Part shown: piece by piece, positions 52,237 through 64,000 of the stretch
How the letters are laid out: each line of letters opens with the position of its first letter
How positions within the stretch are numbered: the stretch's first letter is position 1
Assembly: GCA_951406725.2 (NCBI GenBank)
Contig: OX597828.1
Coordinates: 59,706,001-59,770,000, forward strand
Length of the DNA: 64,000 nucleotides
Reading direction: 5' to 3'
From: Octopus vulgaris
Lineage: Eukaryota
The notes under the pieces: model-generated
The model's database searches: none
Told to the model about the DNA's origin: nothing
What the model saw: the letters and a program-made list of their open reading frames with translations, nothing else
Program-made: the position numbers and the translations under genes

Positions 52237-52900
52237 GCAGTCAAATCTCTTGAAACTGCTATTTCTAGCAGACCCAAGGGATCTGACTGCTATTTCTATC
52301 AGATGCATGAGATTTGACTGCTGTTTCTAGCAGATCCAGATTTGACTGCTCGTTCTAACAGATGCAAAAGATTTGATTGCTATTTCTAGCACACCCAAGA
52401 AATCTGACTGCTGTTTCTAGTAGATCAAATTTGACAGCTATTTCTAGCAGATATAAGAGATTTTTTTTAGCAGACCATAGGGATTTGACTGCTGCTTTTA
52501 GCAGATCCAAATTTGACTGTTTGTTCTAACAGATCCATGAGATTTCATTGCTATTTCTAACAGATCCATGAGATTTGACTGCTATTTCTAGCACACCTAA
52601 GAGATCTAACTGCTATATGTAGCAGACCCAAAAGATTTGACTGCTGTTTCTAGCGGATCCAGACTTGACTGTTCATTCTATCAAATTCAAGAGATTTCAC
52701 TGCTATTTCTAGCAAATCCAGATTTGACTACTATTTCTCAAAGAGAATTTGACTGCTGTTTCTAGCAGAGAGAGTAGAACGATTTCTTAGGGGTTTCAAC
52801 TGCTGTTTCTAGCAGAGCATGTAGGACGATTTCTAGGAGGGTGGACTGCTAAAATATGCAGTGAAATCTGGATATGCTAGAAACAGCAGTCAAATCTCTT
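52237..52900. repeat. Minisatellite of about 19 units (28-31 bp), each containing a hairpin; inverted partial units at both ends
   Basis: Unit about gatttga-CTGCTATTTCTAGCAG-atccaaga; starts at 52256, 52287, 52318, 52346, 52377, 52408 and onward. Confidence 0.92.
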
Positions 52901-52939
52901 ATATGGAAATCTTCATGTGTATGTGTGAGTGTGCGTGTG

Positions 52940-53115
52940 TGCTAGTCACCCACTCCCCACATTCGCTTGACAACCAATGTCAGTGTATTTATGTCGACGA
53001 AGCGGAGCGCCTTGGCAAAAAGCGACCGATGGAATAAGTACTAGGCTTACAAGGAATAAGTCCTGGGATCGATTTGTTTCGACTAAAGTCGGTGCTCCAG
53101 CATAGACGCAGTCAA
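52940..53115 (+). mobile_element. SINE family A, 3' half
   Basis: cgcttgacaacc..gaataagtactaggcttac..ggtgctccagcat. Confidence 0.85.
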
Positions 53116-53609
53116 CATGTGGGGAAAAAAGTCAAAACTGAAGAAGTTGGCGGGAAAGGCGGGGACAAAATTTCACAATGCCGATTTTTGGCACACAGAC
53201 ACAAAAAAAATACAAAGAAACAAATTTCGGAGAAAATGGTGGACGGGCGGAAGTCTTTCCAAGGTATGTTTTGGGGCGGGGACAAACACACACACATACA
53301 CATGTAGTAGAATGTGCTACGCAGTGGGAGTGAATGCGGAACCTTGTGGTTGGGAAATTAGCTTTTTTTATTTTAGCTCAGTTTATTTGTCAAAATAAAC
53401 TGTGAATGTATATAATCTAATTTACAATGGATTAATTTATCACCGTGGAAATACGGAACTATGGCGGCTGAAAATTGGTGTCTGACTTTTCGCAAAGCAT
53501 TGTGGGATTGTCGTCTGTATGATTTGAATGGCGCGAGATTCAGTTTTTTATTGAATATTGGTCCTGCAGAGTGAAAGAAGTAAGTAAGAAATTATTATTA
53601 GACTGGAGA

Positions 53610-53850
53610 ATGATACTCCACATCCCCATTAAGGACTTTTTTTTTTCAATGTACTCGAGTGTTGTTGTTTCTGTTATTGTTGTGATGTGTGGTTGCATGT
53701 TCGAAATGTAATTAGATAAGTTGTCAACAGACATTCTAACTGATTTGTCAGTCGAGAAGCATACAATCTCTCTATTTTTTAATTTCTTAATTTTGGTGTC
53801 AAGATCACGGGTCTTATTCTTTGTTCGTTTTTGTTTATGCCTTTTGGGTG
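53610..53850 (-). mobile_element. Penelope RT N-terminal relic
   Basis: IKKLKNREIVCFSTDKSVRMSVDNLSNYISNMQPH fits the I...(A/T)DK motif. Confidence 0.6.
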
Positions 53851-54317
53851 TAATTAGAGAAAGCTGACAGGATTTTGGATTTAGTAAGGGTAAACTTTGC
53901 TGTACTGGAACGAAAACAATTGCAGCATGGAAGGTGTTTATAAGCCATTTAAGAAACACACAAAAACCGTTAGATTCACTTTAATATTTAAATTTAATTT
54001 GTCAAAATATTTTCGTTGTTTTGAGACTGCGACTTCACTGACAAAATTCCGTGCTGCATCTGAGAAAGTAACAGTTAGTTCATGATATATATGTACGTAC
54101 GTACGTATGTATGTATATATGTACATGTATGTGCGCATGCCTATACGCATGTATGTGTACATGTGAGTATTTAGGAGAAATAGACGTGTCTGTGTGTGTA
54201 CATGTGTATGTACTTGCGAACGTATGTTTATGTAATATGTGTCAGTTCAATTTGTATACTTGACTGTTACCTTGCCACTCGCTATGCAAGTACATCTCTT
54301 TCTCTCTCTCGCTCTCT

Positions 54318-54406
<89 letters not shown>

Positions 54407-56294
54407 CAGATTGTAACATAGATAAATATATAGACAGAAATAGATAGTCAGAAGAAGAATAGACATACCAACTACCAAACACCTAGAAAGATAGACTGCT
54501 TGATAGCTCGATAGATATATAGATAAATAGATAGATGCTTATGTTTTTTTATTGCTACTCGTCACTCATTTTGTCCATTTTATGTTTCCCACCTGTACTG
54601 CCCTTTGTAAAGAATTAGCAAACAGCTGTTTTGCAATAAAGGCTTGAATGGATTGAGAGCCATATGATAAACTGGTGAAGGAAGCATGGATTTAAACTCT
54701 GCCTTATTAGTTGCTCATTGGTGAAATAGCATAAAAAATATTGTTTATGGTTAAGATTTCTTAATCAATATCAGTTTCTATATTAGTGTATGCATCTTTA
54801 GTGAAATGATGATGAACTCTCTTACAATATGACTATGTGAATTGCTGAAATTATGGTATATTGTAAATTTCACGAATATTTGAATGACAGGAAAGCTATC
54901 CTGTTTCCTAACATGCAGATTTATTTTTCCCAAGTCATTTGATTAATTGGTCATGTTTGTAAAACAGGGGAATGCCTCAAATTTTAGAGGAAGTGGTTAA
55001 TTGATTAAATTGATCTTATTACTTGACTTGCACTTTTTTTTATCAACCATGAAAGGAAGAGAAACAAAGTTAGCCTCAACAGGATTTGAAACTAGAATAT
55101 AAAGAGCTGGTAGAAATATTGGAAGGTATTTTGCCAACACTCTAACAATTGTGCCTCTCCACCATCTTAAGTTTAATAGAATAAAATCTGTGAATGAATT
55201 TTGATGAATTTCTTGTGTAGTTTTAATGAAAGTTGGTCTCACATTGCTTGCATTTATATCTTTCCTGAGACATGTAAAAGTTTCCATTTGTATAATACTT
55301 GGCTGCTTGTCACTTCAAATAAAGAGTAGTGAACTGATATTAAAGCCAAAATTTTCCTTTCGCTACTATTAGGATGTTTTTCATTTTTACTTTCAGGGTT
55401 AACAAATGAATGATTAGACTTAATGGTTTACATGCGAACTTTTGTTTATTTTATATCCTTCTATATGTTGGATATGCAAATTTCACGAAGCGGGGATAGA
55501 CACAACTGTCTTCACACAACCTACTTCAGATTACTCCACTAAACACAATACTCTAATAAATAGAAACTCTGAACAATGTCAACAACTTCCATGAACTCCC
55601 AATGACTCTCTTTGTCTCAACCAATATGCTAATTTTTTTATAAGAGTTTTGCTAGTCCATTCTTCCAATCCCATAGGGGTGCCAATGACACTCACCACAA
55701 CAGTTTATACATGTATATTTTACCAAAACAAGTATCCCCATGCGAAGCTTCACCTGTATGTAAGTACATAACTTTTTTGTTAATTTAAGTTTTCTGTTAG
55801 TTAACCATAGCTGTTTGTAAATTGAACACCTGTTTCTCTGTGTATATTGAACAATTTCCATAAGATATATATGTTTGCAAATGTAAAATATGTTTGTTTC
55901 CCAATGCCATGGTTTAGGGTCTAGTTCTACTGTGTGGCATTTTGGGCAAGAGTCTTCGACTATAGGTAGGGATCAACAAATGCATTTTTAGTGAAAGTGG
56001 TTGATGGGAACTATATGAAGCTTATTGCATGTGTGTGTATACACCATATCAATTATGTGATGCATGTTATAGGTAACTGTTGACAAAAAGTGCAAAATAT
56101 TCATTGAAAAATCAAAATAATTTAGAGTAATGTCAAGAAGGGATGTGGAATGGATAGTGAAAGGTCTGGCTTGGAAGGTGTCCCACAGTATTGCAGCCTG
56201 TGCCTATGTGTCATCTTGCTACTGCAAGAGAGTACAGACCATTGAATGTTTGTGAAATATTGGCATCTAAGATTATGAACTCTTTGGATTTAGT

Positions 56295-56560
56295 GATTAC
56301 CTTGATGTCAGTGAGATTGCCATTGTCAAACAAGAGATTTGTTACCTTAGTAAGTGTCTACCCTCCAACCATGTGTTCCTCTGAAGAGAAAAAAGACTAA
56401 TATTTTATCTTTCATGAAAAAAGCTTCTATGCAGTGTTCTTTCTGCTTATAAAATCTTCATATTTGGTGATTTCAATGAAAGCATTTGCAGAGATAAAAA
56501 AATTTGGGATATAATTGGGAAACATGAAGCCAGAAAATGCAATAGTAATGGCTTGTTTAG
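56295..56560 (+). mobile_element. RTE LINE apurinic endonuclease fragment
   Basis: LMSVRLPLSNKRFVTLVSVYPPTMCSSEEKKD..IFGDFN..IGKHEARKCNSNGL. Confidence 0.88.
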
Positions 56561-57099
56561 TACTGCAAGTGTGTTCGATTTTTGCATATACTGGGTAACT
56601 GTCAATCTCCTAGTGTGGAGCATGCTGTATTTGAGCACCAAATATGTGGGAGTATTTATGTGATCAAGATAAAAGGCAATTAGGTCTCTCATTAGTTTCT
56701 GTTTGGTGAGTTGGCCCTGAGGAAAAATCTAGGCAACAAATTGAAATTAAGGCATGAAAGTCATTAGAGACACTTAGAGGATCTAGATCAAATTAGAGAA
56801 AGTGAAAACATCACAAAGTTTTTGATGGAAAAAATTGGTTCATGTTGGAATGAGTGAATTTGAATGAATGTCAATAAAATCTTAGTGTGCATGAAAAGCT
56901 TGAGAGAGATTTTTGAAAAGGTCTTAATATTAATGTTTCCATTGTGTTTTGCTTCAAAAACTACATAGACATGACAGAATTAAATAGACATCCTTATAAT
57001 TGTTAAAATTTATTTAAATTATTTATTAATTATTATAATGTGAATATCTAATATTTAGTAGACAGGGTCCTTGCATTCAAAAATGCAAGGACCCTAGCA

Positions 57100-58045
57100 G
57101 GCATGCTACTGATCTGATGAATATTCTCTTCATGATTTTCTTGCCAAGTTTCTTGCAGTAATATCAAAAGATCTGGCTTTAAGGATGCTTTCTTTTTCTT
57201 TTTAGGAAGTATCCCATCCATCATGTCTCAGAGGTGTTCAGTAGGGTTCATATCTGGTGATTGACTTAGCTATGGAAGCTTTTTAATGCCATTCTCTTCC
57301 AACCAATCCTGGGTCTTTTGGTTGTGCAAGAAAGCCCTATTTTCCATAAATAGTGTTATTTAATCATTTTACCCCCTGGAGGTTATAGGAAGAAGATTTT
57401 TCTATAATATGGACACATTTATCTGAGTTTATGTATCCCTCACATTCCACCATTTCTGATTGACTATTGCTCCAAACTGCTCTCCAGACCATCACATGTT
57501 TCATTGTTGGCTGCAATATATTCACGTGAAAATATTGGTGACTGATTCTCCAGACCCACATTCGACCAGTGTCAGAAAATACAGCAAATCTGGATTCATC
57601 AGAGAATTTGACAGTGTCCCAAAGTGCTAGTGACCTCTCTACCGTTTCACTTGTCCAATCTTTTCTCCATTTGATATTGGCTGGTCGAAGCAGTGTCTTC
57701 TTTCTTGCTGCTCTGCCATAATAGCCAATTTTGCAGAGATAACTGACAGCTATTCTGGGACTGACATCAACTTATTCTGCTATATTGGAGGCCTTGCAAT
57801 GAGGATTATCTTACACACTTCTCTTAAGAAAGCAAAGTGTTCTGTCAGAGGGCCTTAGTCTACCTGGGTAAGGTGATATGGACTACTTTCCCGTTTAGTG
57901 AATTGAAAAATTACTCTATTTACTGTAGAAAGTGGAATCACAATGTTTTCTGTGGTTTTAGGCTAAGTCAGCCTTGAAATAGGCGCAGCATATGGCCTCT
58001 TTGTAAATTGGACATTTTTAAGGCTTCTTTTGTACATGGCATGAT
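57100..58045 (-). pseudogene. Second Tc1 transposase relic, heavily decayed
   Basis: FSDESRFAVFSDTGRMWVWR..LQPTMKHVMVW..WLEENGIKKLP*LSQSPDMNPTEHL. Confidence 0.85.
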
Positions 58046-58909
58046 TAAACAGTTACATATAGAACCTGAAACATATAAATGTCAATTAATAAAAAAAATA
58101 TAAACCTCTTCAAGTTATAATAACCATAAAACAATGTGTTAATGGGTATCTATTTACTTTTGTCATGTTTGTGTACAAATGTATCATTTGTTACAACTGC
58201 ACTTTGAAAGAAAAAGAAAACCTTTAGTAGAAAATTAGCATTAGCTACGACAACGTTACCCAACTATTAAATCTTATATTTTTCAAACTCATGCTAGGAT
58301 GGAAAAATGAACGTAGGTATGAGACTTATTTTTACACATGTATTGATGCATATAAAACATGAAATTATGTTGTCTACATACTTAAATACTTGCAATTAAT
58401 TCATTGTAAGAACATAGAAATTTGACAGGTTTTCTTGAGTTGTTGCTCATCTACAATAATCTGATAAGTTTGAGGTTATTGTTGGTTGCATAAGATTGTC
58501 ATTGAATTTTCTCTCGACAGAAATATCTAATCATTTTATCCATACTAGCATGGGTTGTGTGTATCATGTTGATATCTGTTTCAGTTTAATTCCCTCTGCA
58601 ATAGTTTCCTTTTTTTGTGTTTATGCAATATGGTACTTTCATAAAATACAGTCGTCTCTTGCCTTACACAGTATTGTTTCTTAGTTTCACTTTAGCACAA
58701 TTTTGCTCATTTTCCTCTATTTCTTTCTTTTTGTTTTTGTTTTTACAAATATAGAAGTAGTACTTGCTTCAGTTTCTCATTATATTTTGTTAAATATTTT
58801 TGAATTTGAAATATTAAAATTGATTTCACTGGAAATGAAAATTCAATGTATAAAATTAACTTTAAACTAGATGTTCAGCATAAAATGCAAAAGTTTTACA
58901 AAAAGAATT

Positions 58910-59060
58910 GTCATCATCATTTAATGTCCATTATCTATGCTGGCTTGGGTTGGACAGTTTCATCAGAGCTGGTAAGCTGAGGGTCTGCAGCAGACTCCAG
59001 TCTGATTTGTCATTGTTTCTATGGCTGGATGCCCTTCTTAACATCAAGCACTCCATGAGT
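58910..59060 (-). mobile_element. SINE 3' fragment of another family
   Basis: tcatcatcatttaatgtcc..gggttggac..tttctatggctggatgcccttc. Confidence 0.55.
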
Positions 59061-59671
59061 GTTGTGGGCAGGGGTTGTGAAAAAAATTAATTGATGGGAA
59101 ATTAATTACAATATATTGTCTTCTAAGGCACAGCATGTCATGAAAGGTGTCGGTCATTAGTCATTGCCTTTATAAGTTTCAACAGTCAAAGATCATGCAT
59201 TACCACCTTGTCCAATGCCTTCTTATGTCTGCTTCTTCTGCCATGTAGCATAGTTGTCTGCACAGGTATAATAAATCTGGCTTTCACTCTGAAGGAGAGA
59301 CCCTTAGTTACCAAACAGAGGAAGGAGCTCTCTGAATTTGCTCAGCCTATTTTTATTCTTGCAGCCACACTCATCCACCTCTGCTACTGACTTTGTTGCT
59401 CAACAATCTTTATCGTACTCCTCTGGTATTTGATGAAGCCCATTTTCTGTACACTTTTAGTGTTTACTGTACATGTGCACCTTCCACATACAAAATATAT
59501 TTTCCCAGTTTACCTTCCTCTGATATTGCTACACCTATTATGTGTTATACAGAGTACATCTACCTACCTATTTCCTTCATATTGAGGATGGCCATGTACC
59601 TGAAGGGCTTTACGATTTATCAGTTTTCCTACTTCCTAAGACTTTGGGTTAGGGTTGGGTAGGTTAATTCT

Positions 59672-61702
59672 GTGACCTTTCAATTCTAGACTTTGCTTCC
59701 GTACGCACAATTTGTTCTCTAGTTCTGGTCGTGATTTAGCTATAAGAAGAAGCTCATTAGTAAATAAGTGTGAAAACTCTTTGCTTTCACAAACACTTTA
59801 TGTACACTGATTGAAGCAATGAAAAAAAAGGTCCTCGGTATACCTGAAACGTGAAGGAAAATATTTGGATAATGAAACGAATAATGTATGGCTAATTGAA
59901 TGTAGTGTAATAAATGATAATATATGAGTGTTCAGTTGTCATCCTGTATGCCCTCCCCAATTCCTTTGAGAGAAGCAAAGAAGACTAATAATATGTATTA
60001 AATGATTAACGAAAATAATAATTAGTGCAAGAGACCCTTAATCAATATTGACGGTGTGACGATGAAGGAGCAACGTGTCAGTTGTGCATCAGGCTTTTGT
60101 GTCAGTCTTTGCGAGTCTGGCAGAGCGACAAACAGGACAATTGCTGGATGGAGGATAAACTGCATCAGGCAAGGGTCACTTTTGGAAAGCAGGGGTTTCA
60201 AGGGGTGTTGGGGTATGACCACTTGTGGTAAAGGTGGGGTAAATTGGCGTGGCTCTGTGGGTAGGCGGTGAGATGCATTTCTGGTCATGGTAATTTTGGA
60301 GTTGGGAAGTGGGCATTGGTGTTGCAGCTGCATGAGGTGCTGTTAAAGTCGGTTGAGAAGGTAGTCTCATCACTGGTGTTGGCGTAGGGAACGCATGTGG
60401 TCCAGACACCATGAGCAGTGGGCCATGGGGAAGAAGCAGTAGATACTTCCAGAGGAATTTTGTTGCACAGTGTGACTCAGCCTGATCCATCCACTCTCAA
60501 CATGTACAGATCGAAATGACGTACATCTAAATGGCACCAGTTTTCCCCCCATTTGTAGGATTGGGTCAAACTTGGCTCTGGATTAGGACATAGTTCGAAA
60601 GAAGTGAGCATGTGTGTTTTGACAACCGTTCAGTAGCACTCATGTTGTGTTTACGCAGGTCTTCTTTACAATAAGTCATAGTTTCATGCCATGTGGAATG
60701 TAGCTTGTACTTGCCGGGATGGATGGGAATAAAGTATTGTATAGGGCTGCCAAAGATGCACATGGCTGGGGACAAGTGTGTGTCCCGGTCAGGTGTATTT
60801 CTTTATTGTAGCATTGTGCACTGGAAACTGTCAGTGTTAAGGAAGCCATTGGTGTCGGTGTTGTCTGTAACGAGGCCCTTTATTGTCTCAATACCGACTT
60901 TGGCGCGGCAGTTGTCATGGGGAAATGCAATGGCGGTGATTCTCCCCAATTGTGGAAGAAGGTACAATGTCAGCTCATAGCTGATAGGGCAGTGTTAAGT
61001 GCCTGTGCGCCATTCGATGCTCCTTTAAGATGGTTTTCCAGACCTGTTAGGACATACCACCATTGTCTGTCACCAATTGACAGATGTACCAATGGGAATA
61101 GGCTTGATAACTCCAAGTGGAACATTCCGGTCGAGACCTACTTTTACTTCCTCTTGCCAATGAACCAGGACTGGTATGGGCGTATGGTGGGCGACTGGTT
61201 TAGCATTAAGCGGATCGGTTGGTCAGACATCTTGGAGAATTGCCGATGGTTGCAGACGTTGAATGTGCTGGAGCTGTAGTATTGTAGCAGCTACTTCCTC
61301 AGGCGACAACGTTTTTCCTCAGTGGCTGGGAATGGTAGTGTAGTTGGAGGAGGGGTTTGTATTTGTTGTAGGTGGCAGGTGCATACATTCTGTGTCATTG
61401 TTGCAGATGATCGATGAGGCTTGTCAGTATTCTCTCCCATGGATTGTTTACAGGCCAACTCATGGCACAATCAGGTGCAGGACAGGGTACGTTGGTCATA
61501 CTGACTCACTTTTTGTCATAAATAAGTCTGACAACTGTTTGCTTTCACCAATATTTTACGCAGTCTGAAGCAATGAGTAAAGGGTCTTCAGTATACCTGA
61601 AATGTGAAGGGAAAGATGATGGATAATAAAATGAATAATATATGGTGAATTGAATGTAATGTAATAAATTGTAATATATGTGTGTTTAGTTGTAATCCTG
61701 TA
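59672..61702 (-). mobile_element. Internally deleted Gypsy (Mag-like) LTR retrotransposon with both LTR remnants
   Basis: Diverged direct repeats 59761-59948 and 61519-61702; PPT-like ggggaggg (minus strand) next to 59948; interior PFPATEEN..YYSSSTFNVC..HWQEEVKVGLDR, then integrase SPAMCIFG..KWGKTG..VDGSG. Confidence 0.85.
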
Positions 61703-62789
61703 ATCAGCATAGAGGAGTTACTAGGGTCTGCCTGTTTTATATTTATCTGTTATTACCTGAATGATTATGATACCAACAAAAGTCAAGTACATAGGTTTAT
61801 ACTTGGTTAGGTACTTCTCCTGGGGTTTCTTACCAGAAATATATCATGACTGGTGTTTCTTCCTGATGCAAAACCAAATTGCATCTCATCTAGATTAAGT
61901 CTTTTCCTAATAAGTTGGGCTATGATCCTCTCCGTGATTTTCATCATCTGAAGAAATTAGTGCCATTGCAAGCACTTTATTTTTAAAGCACACATCAGGC
62001 ATGTTAACATATTAGCAATGAGAAAGCGCTCTAATCGATGTCTACCTATATACATACATATATGCAGGGTAGCCATGTACTTTCTCTACAGCGACACACC
62101 TCTGCCTGTCTCTCTATCATACTACAGGTTAGGATGAAGCCACCTCTCTCACTACTAGCAGTCCACTCATCCTTGAAATTTACTTTTTAATTTTACTAGT
62201 GTCAGTGTTACCAAAACTTTTCTCAGACATAGAAACCATGTGAAAACAGACATTAGATGTACGTGTAGTAATTCATCTCAGATAGTGTGAAATAGTCCAA
62301 CCCATGACATGAAAAACGAATGTTAAATGATGATGACACACATACACGTTAATTGTATTTCTTATATTAATTTCAATAATTAATTTGTTTCTATTTATAA
62401 ATAAAAACAATTGATTTCGCATGAGAATGATTAGTTTGATGACTTGTGGAAGCAATGTACTGTGTAAATGTAAGGACAACTGTATTTATTAAACAAGTGT
62501 ATTTCATGATTCGACACATAGATAAAACTTGACTTTCAAGTGTTGGTTGATATTTTGCTTGTTGTTTGCATATCATGCCTTGTATTATAGATCCCAAATG
62601 GCCAAAGGTAAGTGGTCTTTCTTATTTTGGTGTGGGTTTGCTGTTAGGATTGGTTTTCAGAGTTTAGTCTATATTAGGGTCAGCTTGAGGATTTGTGAAG
62701 GGTTTTTAGAGAGAATAGTCAAGTAAGAGATCAAAGTTTGAACTAGGGGTTGGGATTTGGGGTGATGAGGAGAGTAGAGATTGAACAGG

Positions 62790-63295
62790 TTTATTTATAG
62801 TGTTGATGACTGTTTTATATCGGGTTTAGCATTGAAAAGCAGGGATGGGGGCTGGGTGCTTGGATAAGATGCGGATGTCAGGTTGATCCAAGTTATCTCC
62901 ATGGTGGTCTTTGGCATGTTGGTAGAGTATAGAAGACTGTTTTCTGTCGTCAAGTTGTCTTAAATGTTCATTTATCCGTTCCGCAATGCTCTTAGACGTC
63001 TCCTCTATGTACATCATGTTCATGTCCTTACAAGCACCTTCTATGCATCTTATATTGTAAACTACATTTCGAGTTCTACAGTTAATACCAGGGCTAATTC
63101 TACATGCCATGCAGTTATCAATTGTGCATATGGTATTCTTAAACGGGCATGTCCTTCATAATTGTGACCTGACGGAGTTCCTTGGCTTTTCAACAATTTT
63201 AATGTTGAGTTTGGTCTCTTTCAGAGCTTTTCTAAATCTACGGGCTAGTTCTCCATGGGCTCTGGCCTCTACTAATATCACTCCTTGAATTTTTA
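62790..63295 (-). mobile_element. Penelope GIY-YIG endonuclease fragment
   Basis: GELARRFRKAL..IKIVEK..CPFK..C...NCMAC..NCRTRNVVYNIRC..C...MYIEETSKSIAERINEH..ILYQH..HH. Confidence 0.9.
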
Positions 63296-63399
63296 CTGGT
63301 GAGTGTGTATTTAATAATAAGGCACTAAAAGAGAAAGACTATCCCCAGACACAACAGAATATACACTGTTTTCGCTAATTATTCTTTCACTCACTTTTG

Positions 63400-63577
63400 C
63401 TACTTTCAGTTATTTGACTGCGGCCATGTTGGAGCACCGCCTTCAGTCAAACAAATAGAGCACAGGACCTATTCTCTTTTGCCGAACCGTTCAGTTACGG
63501 GTGCGTGAAGACAGCAGCATCGTTTGTCAAGCGCTGTTCGATGGATAAAGAGGCATACAAACGTATATGTATATATG

Positions 63578-63618
<41 letters not shown>

Positions 63619-63793
63619 GTATACACACACGATGGGCTTCATTTAGTTTCCGTCTACGAAATCTATTCACAAGGCTTTGGTCACCCCGAGGCTATAGTTG
63701 AAGACACTTGTCCAAGGTTCCACGCAGTGGGACTGAACCCAGAACACAGTGGTTCGTAAGCAAGCTACTTATCACAAAGCTGCTCCTATGCCT
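63400..63793 (-). mobile_element. SINE family A
   Basis: Colinear with other copies, with a small internal deletion. Confidence 0.9.
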
Positions 63794-64000
63794 AGCAGTA
63801 TATATATATATATTTATCTATTTATAAAACTGAAATGCGAATTGTCTGGAACGGTTTAAAGACCACTACATCCCGTCGGATTGACTCCAAAATTTACGGT
63901 TCGTGATCAATCATTCTCGCAGAAATGCGTGCACAAACAGACACAGAATGTCATGGTTTAAAGGTCAACATGTTTAAAACATAAATAGCTACGAGTTTGC

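Noticed and set aside
52256-52815. CRISPR-like array; the reverse complement gctagaaatagca also matches the engineered sgRNA tetraloop
   Set aside because: The linkers are short and homologous to each other rather than unique spacers, there are no cas genes, the context is eukaryotic, and the 13-nt sgRNA match is a generic GAAA hairpin
63817-64000. Possible Helitron 5' end (tctatttataaaactgaaat)
   Set aside because: The 3' hairpin and CTAG would lie outside the window, so it cannot be confirmed

Overview
AT-rich, microsatellite-dense eukaryotic genomic DNA. The SINE, LINE and microsatellite landscape looks cephalopod (probably Octopus), which is my inference from repeat style rather than a database match. 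I found no intact host protein-coding gene; most listed ORFs are microsatellite read-through artefacts. The window is a nested graveyard of mobile elements: several tRNA-derived SINE families, three Tc1/mariner-superfamily relics (one near full length, DD34E), a hAT fragment, a non-autonomous Helitron, Gypsy LTR fragments, and RTE, R4/Dong, Tx1-like and Penelope (PLE) fragments. The main signal is RNA structure: about 12 minimal type-I hammerhead ribozyme (HHR) motifs from different PLE-related families, 5 with intact cores, and nearly all with a palindromic stem III. Two sit in a ~400-bp palindrome, one on each strand. One sits in the tail of an element with a tRNA-like Pol III head, a candidate Penelope-mobilised, ribozyme-bearing SINE. 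Also present are a minisatellite made of GAAA-tetraloop hairpins, an in-frame LINE-ORF1/Gypsy-integrase chimera, and a possible FN3-like pseudo-exon. All coordinates were read by eye and element boundaries are approximate.
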